From Candidatus Thorarchaeota archaeon (GTDB lineage Archaea; Asgardarchaeota; Thorarchaeia; Thorarchaeales; Thorarchaeaceae): a stretch of DNA of 64,000 nucleotides. The notes below the pieces were generated by a model. The model was not told the DNA's origin, ran no database searches, and saw only the letters and a program-made list of their open reading frames with translations. How positions within the stretch are numbered: the first letter of the stretch is position 1; each line of letters starts with the position of its first letter. Where the stretch lies: NCBI GenBank assembly GCA_963726195.1, contig CAVSBO010000016.1, forward strand, positions 160,001 to 224,000. Reading direction: 5' to 3'. Below are positions 22,373 to 33,531 of this stretch, piece after piece. The translations under genes were made by a program, and so were the position numbers.

Positions 22373-22612
22373 ATGAATGCCCTAGAGTCAGTGCTTCGCT
22401 TAGCATTCGACAATTCTGCGCCCTATATTACCAACTTGGACGCAGTGCGATTGCTGATTCAGCAGGCCGTGGCGCATACTGTCTCGGTCGACGACGCAAT
22501 TGCCTACATCGAGAACAGGCCTCCTGATGCAGAGGTCACGCTCAAGACTGACATCCGTATCTTGGTTGCAGCAATTCGCCATGCCGCCCGACAAAGGAAG
22601 TTGTCTGGATGA
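22373..22612 (+). CDS. Hypothetical helical protein
   Basis: ATG at 22373; stop overlaps the lhr start (ATGA). Confidence 0.6.
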   Translation: MNALESVLRLAFDNSAPYITNLDAVRLLIQQAVAHTVSVDDAIAYIENRPPDAEVTLKTDIRILVAAIRHAARQRKLSG

Positions 22613-25449
22613 GTGTCTTTGAGTCGCTGGGACCAGAAATCACTGGGTTCCTATCCGACCAAGGCATTCAGTCGCCAACTCCAATTCAGGAACTGGCTAT
22701 TCCCAAGATTCTTTATGATCGTAGCGATGCATTGCTCTTGGCTCCCACGGGCAGTGGCAAGACAGAAGCGGCACTCTTGCCCCTGTTGAGAATCCTGAAA
22801 GAAAAACAGCTCAAGAGCGAGTTGTACGGAATCTACATTCTGTACATAACACCGCTCAGGGCATTGAATCGAGATGTACTTGCCCGCATAGAGACCCTAT
22901 GCAATCGTCTGGGTCTGAGTGTAGCGGTACGCCACGGCGATACGACACAGTATGTGCGTAGACAACAAGCCCTGAATCCCCCCAATCTTTTGATAACAAC
23001 ACCGGAATCGCTTCAGGCAATCTTGCCAGCCCAGAGACTCAGATATCATCTGAGAACTGTCTTTGCAGTCGTTGTCGACGAAATCCACGAAATGGCAGAC
23101 AGCAAAAGAGGCACACAGCTGAGCCTTGGTCTCGAACGACTCAATCGCATTGTGGGCTCACGGGTCCAACGGATTGGGTTGTCTGCCACGGTCGGAAATC
23201 CGAAAGATGTCGCTGCCCTGTTGGGTGGAACCGGGCGGCAAGTTGGAGTTCTGTGGGCTGGATATGAAATGCGCAAGATGAATCTCAAGGTGGAGATGCC
23301 TGTCCCAAATGCGGACGATCAGAGATTTCGAGGAGAATCTCATATCCAATGAACTCTACAGCACGGCTTCGCAGGATAGTTGAACTGATTTTATCACACA
23401 ACTCAACAATAGTATTCACAAATACGAGGTCGTTTGCAGAAGTCTTGGGCGCCAAGATGCACGCACTCAAGCCGCCGTTTGACTTTGATGTGCACCATGG
23501 GTCACTGTCGAAAGATGCTCGGATGTTGGCCGAGACACGACTCAAGCAGGGTTTGTCAAGAGCCGTAATTGCGACCTCCAGCCTGGAGCTCGGCATAGAC
23601 ATAGGCCACGCGGACCTCGTTCTACAGTATTCTTCCCCGAGAGAAGTATCGCGCGCTCTGCAGCGGGCTGGGCGAGCAGGTCATCGCCTAGATAAGGTAG
23701 CAGAAGGTGTCTTTCTAGCCACGGTCAATTTGGATGATGTCACAGAATCGGCAGTCATACTCAAACGAGCTCATGCGAACAAGGTTGAAGATGCCAGAAT
23801 CCCGGTGAAGGCATGGGATGTTCTGTGCCATCAGGTTGCCGGGATTCTCCTCGATGTCGGTGAAGTTGATTTCGACAGTCTTCTGAGGTTTGTGCGCTCG
23901 GCCCTCCCGTATGCAGAAATGACCTCTGAGGAGCTGGCTTCACTTCTTGATTTCATGAGTGGTAAGAGAATTGTCAGTATCAAAGGGCTTAGGATCAGTG
24001 GGACACGAGCGACCCGCCTTTTCTACTACGACCACCTAAGTACGATTCCGGATGTCAGGCAAGTGAGTGCCTTAGATATGACTACACGCACTTCAATTGG
24101 TGTGTTGGACGAAGACTATGTGACGGAAAACATACAGGCTGGCTCTCTCTTCGTGATCCGGGGCAGACCTTGGACTGTTGTTAGTGTGGATGAGGACGAG
24201 GTTATCTGTGCCCCAGCTGGTAGTACTGACTCTGAAGCACCACATTGGATTGGAGAGATGATTCCCGTACCCTACGAGGTTGCTTCAGAGGTTTCAGAGT
24301 TGTGGCAGCATGTGCTCGAAGGAACTGATAGCGAAGTCAAGTCATGGCTGCACACTCGGTATGGTATCTCTGGACCCCCTCAGGAGTTCATTATCCGAAC
24401 CGTAAGAGAGAGCAATGATGCCTTAGGTTTCCTTCCGTCTCCTGAGTCTCTTCTGGTTGAGGATTTTGGCACAGGTCTGGTAATCCACGCCCCGTTAGGA
24501 ACCAGAGCAAATGAAACACTAGGGATTGTAGTCGCAGCGCTGCTCACGACACGCATTGGAATAGATGTTGGCGTTGAAAGAGACCCGTATAGAATCCTCC
24601 TGACCTCGACTAGTCGTTTGGATCCTGAACGGGTTGTAGACATTCTGAAAGGATACAACGGAATCCAAGTGTCGTCGATTCTCAGATTAGCAGTCAAGCA
24701 CACGCAGAGCTTCTCCTCTCGCTTCGTACATGTCGCCCGTAGAATGGGAGTGATACGCAGGGATGCAAGAACCAAGGATGTCCCGGTTAGGCGACTCATA
24801 GCCAACCTCGAGGACGGGCCTGTTTTCGAAGAGGCAATGAGGGAAATCTTGCAAGAGAAGCTTGATGAAAAGCGAGTGATTGCCTTATTCGACAACATTT
24901 CCAAGGGACTGGTCGAAATACGTGTTGTCACTACCACAAAGCCTTCTCCTCTTGCTCGGTTAATAGTCGAGGAGAAGACACGCTTTGAGATACTAGGAGA
25001 AATCACTGATGAGAGCGAAATCCTTAGGCTTGTTGAAAGCAGGCTGACCGCTAGGCAGTTCAGGCTGGTATGCATGGCAAACGGTGATTGGGACTCGGTC
25101 CGGACCATATCTACGTTGGGCGATACAATAGAATGCCCAAACTGCGGCTCGCGTATGATAGCGGTCATGTCGCCCAGTGACTCGACACTCATGACAATAA
25201 TGAAGATGAGACGAGATGGCAAGTCTCTTTCGAGCGAAGAAATGATGGAGTATTCAGCTGCAGTTCTAACAGCAGAGCTTGTATCAACATATGGAAAGAA
25301 AGCTCTCGATGGTGCTGGCTGCACATGGGATTGGACCAAGGACAGCCTCTCGGGTTCTGCAATCTGCGACTACCGATAGGCTTACCCTCCTTAGAGAGAT
25401 TGTGAGAGCGGAACGGGAATATGCAAGGACAAGACCATTCTGGCAGTGA
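22609..25449 (+). CDS. lhr: Lhr-family SF2 helicase (apparent frameshifts ~23330 and ~25310)
   Basis: APTGSGKT, DEIH, GLSAT, HHGS, QRAGRAGH; C-terminal GIGPRTA...RTRPFWQ in shifted frame. Confidence 0.93.
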
Positions 25450-26035
25450 GAGAAAGAAACCTCTCGTGGTGGTTGCAGGGCGAAGTAATGTCGGCAAGAG
25501 CAGTATAGTCAGAGCTCTCACTGGCAGGAGAGTCAGAATCGGAAAACGTCCCGGCACAACGGCTCACGAGGAGTTCATTGATCTCGACACTGTGGTCCTC
25601 GTTGATATGCCCGGATTCGGCTATGCTGCAGGAAAGAACAGAGCAGCCATAGAACGAATAAAGACCGAGATAGTACGAAAACTCGAAGAATGGGAGAACC
25701 GTTTGCTCTTGGCTGTCTTGGTCATAGATGTTTCTCTATTCAGAGAGATTGTGGAGCGATGGGAGAGTAGAAACGAAATCCCAGTTGACATCGAGTTCTA
25801 CGGTTTCTTGTCCGAGATATCCAAACACATTGTCGTCATCGCAAACAAGATTGACAAGATAACGAATAGGGAGAGGCAGGAGGAGATTGATTTCCTCCGT
25901 GCGAGACTCGCAGAGTCCGGTGAAACACCAGACATCATTCCTGTTTCAGCCAAGGAAAAAGATAGCATCAGAGATCTTAGAACAAGAATCGAATACATCC
26001 TGAAACAGGAGGGCTTGGAACTCCCCAAATGGTGA
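25421..26035 (+). CDS. engB: GTP-binding protein EngB/YihA
   Basis: GRSNVGKSS, RPGTT, DMPGFG, NKID, VSAK. Confidence 0.93.
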   Translation: MQGQDHSGSERKKPLVVVAGRSNVGKSSIVRALTGRRVRIGKRPGTTAHEEFIDLDTVVLVDMPGFGYAAGKNRAAIERIKTEIVRKLEEWENRLLLAVLVIDVSLFREIVERWESRNEIPVDIEFYGFLSEISKHIVVIANKIDKITNRERQEEIDFLRARLAESGETPDIIPVSAKEKDSIRDLRTRIEYILKQEGLELPKW

Positions 26036-26043
26036 CACAGGTA

Positions 26044-27127
26044 TCATTGTTTTCCTTTCCGGAATACGTAGACTATGACGCCGATGCCGAACAAAGCACA
26101 GGATATTGCGAGCATGGGGAGAACGGCCGAATCAGGGATAACGCGACCAGCTGTCAGCCAGCTCAACATATTCATGAATAGGCGAGCATTGTCAGCCATA
26201 TAGTACCATTTCGAGGTGGCTTTGGCAATGTCGATTGCGCGACCAGTAAACATGATTGTTGAACCTGAGATTATGATTCTGCTTCCATTGTATTCGAAGG
26301 CAGAAAGCCACGGTGGCAGTGTTCCATTGATGGCGGAGTAGTTAAGTGGCCACTTGTTCAGTTCGTCCAATGTCATATTGGGGAACGAGAAGTTTCCCCA
26401 TGTATTCGGTCCCTTCCGAAACTGGGCAAACGACGTCTTGTATCCTCGTGCAACTGAGCTCGAGAGGGGCAAAGGTTTGAGTGTCGCCGTCATCAGTACG
26501 AGCCCGTTGATATCTTTGAAGATAGGATGGTTCGTGTCCCAAGTCGTGGGATCCATCTGTATGACCCACGGGTAGGATTTGTTCACCGCCTGCTTGTAAT
26601 CAAACATGGTGTCTGCATAGGATGTGTCCGTCGTATTGATGCTGAATCGAACACCTGTTATGTTCATCATGTCCAGAAGTCCGTTTATGACAATGTTGTC
26701 ACCCAGACTCTGAAGGGCTGAGTCAGTCCAATACGTGGAGTTTTGAGAGATAGTGGGGTCGCCGAGGATTAACAGTGAACTACCGTTGTTCAGAAACCTG
26801 TGAATCGACACCGCCTCGGAACTGCTGAACGATGAACCCGGAGAAGCGATAACAAGAACATCCGCACCCTGCAGTACGCTATCATTCAGAGGCGAGCCAC
26901 TATGAACGCGGACTATGTACCTCGTTGATGCATTGACCATGTCGAGTACGAGCTTCAGGCCTTTGTCTGCATCGTCAGTGGCGAAATGCGGCGAGTGGCT
27001 GGCGTCGACTAATATGACTATTGGGTTCAAGGGAGCCTGAGCACTAGCGGGACACTGCAGAAATGACATAGAAAGAGCTGACTATGAGAAGTGTGGTGCC
27101 GATTTGAGTCCTACTCAGCCGCGTCAT
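26044..27127 (-). CDS. Type I membrane protein with GIFT/DUF4350-like (IFT52/WBP1-related) extracellular domain
   Basis: ILVDASH, ADVLVIASP, GSSLLILGD, DNARLFMNMLSWL; many N-X-S/T sequons; C-terminal TM; signal peptide in shifted frame. Confidence 0.65.
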
Positions 27128-27218
27128 GGATTGTTTCAACCTTCAGGCTCAGACTGGAAGCCTGACGGGAGGGCGTTTTTTAAACTTATCCTCATAGCGA
27201 GGGAGTTCATCCGGTCAG

Positions 27219-27605
27219 CTAGTCGGTTCTTCTCCAGTTGACGAAGAGGCTTCGCCTGTCAGCATCAGTTGACTCTATTGTCTCGTAAGAGTTACGGATT
27301 TCCGCAATTCTCTGGGCAAGGAGGTGGTAGCATGCGTCCACTTTCCTTGCTACGACCACTGACTGATAGAAGCTCCTGCAACTGCAATAGACCTCAGGAA
27401 TGACGAGATACTCTCGTCTGAGCCCTTTGATAATCCATGCAGTTGAGCCGCTCGGTTTGAAATGGTATATAGCGACTCGGCCCTCCTCAACAGCTCTTAA
27501 CGCTCTGACGAATCTTAGCCCATACTTTCCCCTGAAATACTCGATATCAGCCTGTCTTAATTCGTCTTGAGACAGGAGGGCGACCTCATGGGCTGTAAAT
27601 GTCAT
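27219..27605 (-). CDS. SWIM zinc finger protein
   Basis: CSC..F...CYH motif. Confidence 0.8.
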   Translation of the reverse strand: MTFTAHEVALLSQDELRQADIEYFRGKYGLRFVRALRAVEEGRVAIYHFKPSGSTAWIIKGLRREYLVIPEVYCSCRSFYQSVVVARKVDACYHLLAQRIAEIRNSYETIESTDADRRSLFVNWRRTD

Positions 27606-27668
27606 TTCTCATCACGCGATTATCTGTATGACTATGCTAAAATGCTCCGGGCTTCCTTCTTGCAAGCG

Positions 27669-28502
27669 ATGGAGATAATCCTTGACAACAGCTGCCTCGT
27701 TGTGCGCTCTAATGTGCTGAATGCGCTTCTGGTGTCCGATATACATTTGGGTTATCATATCGAACTAGAACGCAATACAGGCGTTCACTTTCCGTCAGAC
27801 TATCCGTCATTGTTGAACCAGCTTCAGGCTATGATCAGGAAGCACTCTGTTTCTTCGCTATACATCATTGGGGACCTAAAGCACACAATTGTCCCTGACA
27901 TCTCATATGATTGGGAGATTGTCCCAGAATTCATGAAACGAATTTCAAAGGACGTTGAGACCACAATCATACCGGGCAATCATGACGGAGCAATAGAGGC
28001 GCTTCTTCCAAGGAAAGTGAAAGTTGCAGATGTTCATGGGTTGGTTATTGGAGAAGAGAATGACTCAATTGGGTTAGTTCATGGTCACGCATGGCCATCC
28101 GCAGACCTTCTGCGTTCTTCTGTCATTGTGGTCGGACACAACCACCCAAGCTTGAATCGTATCAGGACTGTGTCGACGAGCATTGATGGCAGACAAATCC
28201 GAAGAAGATCAGTTGGATCTATGCCAGTATCGCTCCGTTCGAGATTGAACAAGAACTGTGTCCGCAGGAATATCGGAGTACCGGAAGACCCAGACGACCC
28301 CGAAGGCATCCTGATAACCCTGCCAAGCTTTAACGCCCTAATCTCCGGGATTCAAGTCAATCTATCCGGCTCGAATCTGCAGGGGCCAGTATTCGAAAGC
28401 GGATGTGCAGAGTTTGGTAGCTCCGAAGTCTATAGTGCCGATGGAGTATTCCTGGGGACTGTAGACGCACTACGAGCGTCAGCGGACGAAACCATTAAAT
28501 GA
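27669..28502 (+). CDS. Calcineurin-like metallophosphoesterase
   Basis: SDIHLG, GDLKH, GNHD, HGH, GHNHP, LPSFN. Confidence 0.9.
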   Translation: MEIILDNSCLVVRSNVLNALLVSDIHLGYHIELERNTGVHFPSDYPSLLNQLQAMIRKHSVSSLYIIGDLKHTIVPDISYDWEIVPEFMKRISKDVETTIIPGNHDGAIEALLPRKVKVADVHGLVIGEENDSIGLVHGHAWPSADLLRSSVIVVGHNHPSLNRIRTVSTSIDGRQIRRRSVGSMPVSLRSRLNKNCVRRNIGVPEDPDDPEGILITLPSFNALISGIQVNLSGSNLQGPVFESGCAEFGSSEVYSADGVFLGTVDALRASADETIK

Positions 28503-28527
28503 CTCCTGCCACGAGTCGTGAGTGCAT

Positions 28528-28635
28528 GGGTCGGTGGTCTAGCTTGGCTATGATTCTTGGTTCGGGACTCAAGAACTGATATCCAGATCTTGCCCGAGCA
28601 AGAGGTCGCCGGTTCAAATCCGGCCCGGCCCACCA
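28528..28635 (+). tRNA. tRNA-Pro(CGG) with 30-nt intron (28569-28598) at position 39/40
   Basis: Acceptor GGGTCGG/CCGGCCC+ACCA; T-arm GCCGG-TTCAAAT-CCGGC; removing the BHB-bounded intron restores CTTGG-TTCGGGA-CCAAG. Confidence 0.9.
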
Positions 28636-28807
28636 CAATTCCGTCGTTGCAGGACCCACTCGTTTGAGACGCGATTGTGTTTCTAGTCAGTAATCCACAG
28701 ACAAACACTGCCCGGGCGCCCGGTGACATCGCATGGCATAATGCCGAAGAAAACCTTCAAAAGTACCGAAAGGCATTTGCGGGAACTCAGACAGCAGGGA
28801 GAGAGAA

Positions 28808-29749
28808 TTGGGTCAAGGGTCTGGCAAAGGGAAAGTCATTCTGTTTGGCGAACACTTCGTAGTGTATGGGCTTCCTGCACTTGCAGCAGGCATCGCCGCA
28901 GAAACGACCGCAAAAGTGACTAGGACAAAGGCAAGTGGCTGGACCATTGATGATCGCAGGCCAGAGACACCCGGCTACAAGGTGGAAAAAGCAGATGAGC
29001 AGAAGATGTCAACGGAGAACGTCATACGCCACTTGGGTTTGGACCTTTCCAAACAAGGCATCCACATTGAGCTCGGAGGAGACCTAGTAGCCGCATCTGG
29101 AATCGGAGCAAGCGCTGCGAACTGTGTCGCTTTGGCCCGGGCACTGAACGAGGAGTTTCGACTCGGCTTAAATAACGATCAGATTAACGAAGCCGCTTAC
29201 GAAGGTGAGAAGGGCTATCATGGTACGCCCTCAGGAATAGACAACACAGCATCCACATTTGGTGGTCTGATATGGTATGTAAGAGAACCAAGCAGTACAA
29301 CTCCTGTGTTCGAGAAGTTGAAACTCAAGAAACTGGTTGGGCTTGTCATTGCCTCCACTGGACTGACAGCTAGCACAAAGAAAGTCGTCGATGATGTGGC
29401 AGCAAAGAAGAAAGCGGATCCAAAATGGTTTGATTCCATTGTTGACGAATACAGAAGTCTTGTCAAGGACGGGCGTGAGTCCTTGCTCAGGATTGATCTC
29501 AAGAAGGTTGGACAGCTCATGAATAGGAACCATGAGCTGTTGCGATCATTGACTGTTTCCTGCCCGGAGCTAGACGGCCTCGTGGAACAGGCAATGGGAA
29601 ACGGCGCGCTGGGCGCGAAACTGACCGGGACGGGGAGAGGAGGCCTAATGATAGCCCTTGTTTCGGATCAGCGTGGAATGAATCGTGTGGCAGACTCTCT
29701 ACAGAAAGCAGGTGCGGCTGCAGTCTGGAAGACAAACTTCGGACAGTAA
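28808..29749 (+). CDS. mvk: Mevalonate kinase
   Basis: GKVILFGEHFVVYG, GIGASAA, HGTPSGID, GAKLTGTGRGG. Confidence 0.95.
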   Translation: MGQGSGKGKVILFGEHFVVYGLPALAAGIAAETTAKVTRTKASGWTIDDRRPETPGYKVEKADEQKMSTENVIRHLGLDLSKQGIHIELGGDLVAASGIGASAANCVALARALNEEFRLGLNNDQINEAAYEGEKGYHGTPSGIDNTASTFGGLIWYVREPSSTTPVFEKLKLKKLVGLVIASTGLTASTKKVVDDVAAKKKADPKWFDSIVDEYRSLVKDGRESLLRIDLKKVGQLMNRNHELLRSLTVSCPELDGLVEQAMGNGALGAKLTGTGRGGLMIALVSDQRGMNRVADSLQKAGAAAVWKTNFGQ

Positions 29750-29765
29750 TGAAGAGTGCATGATT

Positions 29766-31076
29766 ATGATACTGGAAGACTACATCAAGAAACTGTCTGC
29801 GCAAGGCGCACTGAAGACAGTACGCAAGCCTATCTCGAAGAACTTGGAAATAGCTGGAGTCCTTAAGGCTCTGGAACCGACACCCGTGCTCTTTGAAAGC
29901 GTGAAGGAATCCGGGTTCCGTGTCGCTGGCAACCTCTTCTGTAACAAGACGCAGATTGCAGACTACTTCGGCATCAAGCCCGAAGAAATGATTCCGACTT
30001 TAGCAAAAGCAATCGAACGTAAGAGCCCTCCAGAGAAGACCAAGAGTGCTCCGTGCCAGGAGGTTGTTGAGACCAGTGTGGACTTGGACAAGCTGCCAAT
30101 CCTTGTTCATAACAAGATTGATGGAGGCCCTTACATATCGGCCGGCGTTGTTGTTTCTGTTGACCCCGAGTATGGACAAAACTTGGACTTTCATAGAGCA
30201 ATGCAATTCGAGAAGAACCGGATGGCTGTCAGAGTTGTAAGCGGACGCGACTTCCATAAGTTTCTGGAAAGGAACGGAGAAGTCGATGTTGCCTTCTGTG
30301 TCGGCACGACGGCCGAAGTGCTTGTCGCCGCGGCAACATCCGTGGAGACCGGAGTGGACGAATTGCAGATAGCCAACGCGCTTAGACCGATTAGGGTCAC
30401 GCGGGCCAAGACTGTTGACTTGAGTATACCAGCAGACTCTGAGTTTGTGCTCGAAGGCCGTGTGTTCAATCAGGAAAGACATGCCGAGGGCCCATTCATA
30501 GATCTCACCGAGACTGTTGATGTGGTGCGGCAAGAACCTGTGTTTGAAGTGAAGAAAATCACCCACAGGAAAACGGCCATCTGGCAGGCTCTACTTCCGG
30601 GACGTTTGGAACACAAGATACTGATGGGAATGCCTCGCGAACCAACGGTTTACCGCAAAATCAAGGAACGCGGTGTGGATGTGATAGACGTGAGCATTAC
30701 CCCGGGCGGTGCAAGCTGGCTACACGTAGCGGCGAAAATCCGGAAGAAGGATGCAGACGATGGGCAGAAGGCAATCGAGGGCGCGTTTGCGGGGCACACG
30801 AGCGCGAAACACGTCTGGGTTTACGACGAGGATATCGACATCTACAATGAGCAAGAACGAGAATGGGCTATGGCCACTCGTTTTCAGGGCGACAAGAACA
30901 TGCATGTCAAAGCAAGGGAACCAGGGAGTTCTCTTGATCCAAGCGCTGAACCTGGTACGAAGATGACTACGAAAATCGGCTTTGATTGCACAAAGTCGCT
31001 CGACACGAAAGGCAAGAGCTACGATCGTGCCGAGTTTCCGAAAGTTGACCTGAAACGTTTCTTGGAGAGCGCGTGA
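29766..31076 (+). CDS. UbiD-family decarboxylase (probable anhydromevalonate phosphate decarboxylase)
   Basis: DGGPYI, EGPF, WAMATR, GSSLDPS; located in mvk operon. Confidence 0.88.
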   Translation: MILEDYIKKLSAQGALKTVRKPISKNLEIAGVLKALEPTPVLFESVKESGFRVAGNLFCNKTQIADYFGIKPEEMIPTLAKAIERKSPPEKTKSAPCQEVVETSVDLDKLPILVHNKIDGGPYISAGVVVSVDPEYGQNLDFHRAMQFEKNRMAVRVVSGRDFHKFLERNGEVDVAFCVGTTAEVLVAAATSVETGVDELQIANALRPIRVTRAKTVDLSIPADSEFVLEGRVFNQERHAEGPFIDLTETVDVVRQEPVFEVKKITHRKTAIWQALLPGRLEHKILMGMPREPTVYRKIKERGVDVIDVSITPGGASWLHVAAKIRKKDADDGQKAIEGAFAGHTSAKHVWVYDEDIDIYNEQEREWAMATRFQGDKNMHVKAREPGSSLDPSAEPGTKMTTKIGFDCTKSLDTKGKSYDRAEFPKVDLKRFLESA

Positions 31077-31080
31077 TTAA

Positions 31081-32265
31081 ATGCTCGAACTGAAACCTGA
31101 AGAGAAAGCCATGCTTGAGGGACGGCAGGGCAAGGCGACCCGAAAGGCGATGGAGATAATCACATCGCTTGGAGAGATTTACGGTGCGAAAAGGCTGATT
31201 CCTGTTTCCAGCGTACAGATTGCAGGGGTCTCCTATGACAATCTTGGAGAACCCGGTCTGGAGTTCCTTTCGGACATGGCAGTCGATGGCAAAGCACGAG
31301 TGTTGACAACACTCAATCCTGCTGGAATGGACCTAGAGGAATGGCAGAAACATGGAATCTCTGCTGACTTCGCCAAGAATCAACAGAGAGTGATAGATGC
31401 CTTCGCAAAGATGGGGGTCATGACAACCTGCACTTGTACGCCCTATCTCGTTGGCAATCTGCCTCACTTTGGTGAACATATCGCTTGGGCAGAATCATCA
31501 GCAGTCTGTTTTGCCAATTCGGTCATAGGCGCACGGACTAACAGAGAGGGCGGGCCGAGCGCTCTTGCTGCAGCACTCACGGGCGTGACAGCCGAATATG
31601 GGCTTCACCTCGACGAGAACAGGGCAGCTGAAGTCAAATATGATTTGCAGACGAACCTGAAGACTACCGATGACTTCGGCTTGCTGGGCCAAGTGATTGG
31701 CGCAAGAACAAAGCAGGCTATACCCTACATAACCGGAATCTCGCACGCCACAACAGAGGACCTCATGTCATTCTCTGCCTCAGTCGCAACCTACGGCGGG
31801 GTTGCCATGTTCTACATGGAAAGCATCACCCCAAGCAGGACAAAGGTGCCAGAGAAGACAGAGACAGTCACGCAAGATGACCTGAGCAATGCTCGAGGGT
31901 CGCTTGATGACAAGGACGCAGTCATTGATTTCATCAGCATTGGTTGCCCCCATGCCAGCATAGATCAGATATCTCGTATTGCCAGCATGTTGGATGGCAA
32001 GAGAGTGAAGAAAGGAAAGACTGTGTGGATTACAACGGCCCGGCCGACGAAGGACCTAGCGATTAGAATGGGCTACTATGACAAAATAGAGAAGGCCGGC
32101 GCATTCCTCGTGAGCGACGCATGCTGTGCAGTCGCACCCTTGAAAGGACGCTTTACGGGTTTGATGACTGACTCCGCAAAGGCCTGCTTCTATGCGCGCG
32201 GCAAAAACAAGTTCAAGACGGAAATACGGACAATCGACGAGTGCATCAAGGAGGCGGTAGTGTGA
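31081..32265 (+). CDS. Aconitase X large subunit (phosphomevalonate dehydratase large subunit)
   Basis: TCTPY, AWAESSA, GARTNREG, GCPH. Confidence 0.9.
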   Translation: MLELKPEEKAMLEGRQGKATRKAMEIITSLGEIYGAKRLIPVSSVQIAGVSYDNLGEPGLEFLSDMAVDGKARVLTTLNPAGMDLEEWQKHGISADFAKNQQRVIDAFAKMGVMTTCTCTPYLVGNLPHFGEHIAWAESSAVCFANSVIGARTNREGGPSALAAALTGVTAEYGLHLDENRAAEVKYDLQTNLKTTDDFGLLGQVIGARTKQAIPYITGISHATTEDLMSFSASVATYGGVAMFYMESITPSRTKVPEKTETVTQDDLSNARGSLDDKDAVIDFISIGCPHASIDQISRIASMLDGKRVKKGKTVWITTARPTKDLAIRMGYYDKIEKAGAFLVSDACCAVAPLKGRFTGLMTDSAKACFYARGKNKFKTEIRTIDECIKEAVV

Positions 32266-32655
32266 AACTCCAAGGGAGAAAGGTCTTCAGGGGAAAGGTT
32301 GCGGGCGAAGTCTCTGGTGACCACTCAGGATATCTCGTTCTACGGAGGATGCGATCCGCAAACAGGGCAAATCGTGGAGAAGGGGCACGAGCTTGAAGGA
32401 AAATCCGTCGCTGGCAAGGTCCTTGTTTTTCCAACTGGCAAGGGTTCAACTGTGGGTTCATACGTACTCTATGCCCTCCGCAAGAACGGAAAAGCGCCCC
32501 TTGCGATTGTAAACAAGACAGTGGACCCTGTCATCGCTGTGGGTTGTATAATATCCGAGATTCCCGCGGTTGACCAAGTGCAGATTGACAAGCTGCGCTC
32601 AGGTCAGAAAGTTGAGGTAGACGCCGATCACGGCGTCGTGTCAACTTCTGGCTAG
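32262..32655 (+). CDS. Aconitase X small subunit DUF126 (phosphomevalonate dehydratase small subunit; frameshift ~32310)
   Basis: ISFYGG.DP.TG, GKGSTVGSY; GTG start overlaps the upstream stop. Confidence 0.9.
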
Positions 32656-32664
32656 TGAGAGCTG

Positions 32665-33300
32665 CTAGAACCGTTGGACCTGAGGTTCAAAGTCCTCGGG
32701 TGTGAATGAGGGTTCAGCATCAGCGGCTAGGTCGCCTTTTTCCCTGAGAACTTGCCTTGTGACGAGGTAATAAACGAGAGCAAGTGCCTTCCTTCCACGG
32801 TTGTTGGAAGGAATGACGAGGTCGATGTTCGTGGTGACATTATCTGTGTCACAAAGAGCAATGACGGGAATGCCAATCCTCGCGGCTTCAGACAGCGCTT
32901 GTTGGTCAGTACGAGGATCGGTCAATATCAGGAGTTCGGGCTCCACGTAGCTCCTCGGGCCAGCAATGTTGGGATTTGTGAGTGTGCCAGGAACAAAGCG
33001 CTCAGTGAATGCATGTGCTCCGATATATCCTGCAAACGACTCAACGGGTCTCTTTCCGTACACACGGCCGGAGACAGCAACTACCCGCTCAGCGTTGAAT
33101 CTGTTTATGAACTTGCCAGCAGTCCTGATTCTTTCGTCAGTCTTTCTCACATCTAGGACGTAGAGACCGATTGGGCGTTGTCTGTAGACAAATGGTTCCA
33201 TATCCTGTGTCTTGACCTGTGTCCCAATATGGCAACCTGCTGCAAGATACTTGTCCATCGGGGTCAGAAGCTCGACCTCAGATACTTCAGCATCGCTCAC
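32665..33300 (-). CDS. rps2: 30S ribosomal protein uS2
   Basis: YLAAGCHIGT, RFVPGTLTN, IPSNNRG. Confidence 0.97.
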   Translation of the reverse strand: MSDAEVSEVELLTPMDKYLAAGCHIGTQVKTQDMEPFVYRQRPIGLYVLDVRKTDERIRTAGKFINRFNAERVVAVSGRVYGKRPVESFAGYIGAHAFTERFVPGTLTNPNIAGPRSYVEPELLILTDPRTDQQALSEAARIGIPVIALCDTDNVTTNIDLVIPSNNRGRKALALVYYLVTRQVLREKGDLAADAEPSFTPEDFEPQVQRF

Positions 33301-33321
33301 GACTGCTTAGCCTCCGGAGTT

Positions 33322-33519
33322 TCAGATGTTGAAAACGCCATGAAGTCTGTCTATCACATCCACGTGTGAGAGCAACATTCTCCTGCAACAATATCTATGC
33401 AGGCCTAGTCTGTCCAATACTACAGCGGGATCCTCGCCTTGGCGAACCTCGCGCTTGAACTGCTCGTACTTGTCCGCCACAACTTTCCCACATGTGAAGC
33501 ATCTTACCGGAATTATCAT
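33322..33519 (-). CDS. rpoN: RNA polymerase subunit Rpo10
   Basis: [11 protein letters not shown]...RYCCRRM. Confidence 0.98.
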   Translation of the reverse strand: MIIPVRCFTCGKVVADKYEQFKREVRQGEDPAVVLDRLGLHRYCCRRMLLSHVDVIDRLHGVFNI

Positions 33520-33531
33520 CTTATGATCACA

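Noticed and set aside
24380-25339. Long antisense ORFs (e.g. 319 aa opposite lhr, and many others)
   Set aside because: Shadow ORFs of well-supported genes, with no recognisable motifs
26044-26061. Dilysine ER-retrieval motif on the GIFT-domain protein
   Set aside because: C-terminus RKGKQ does not fit KKxx or KxKxx spacing
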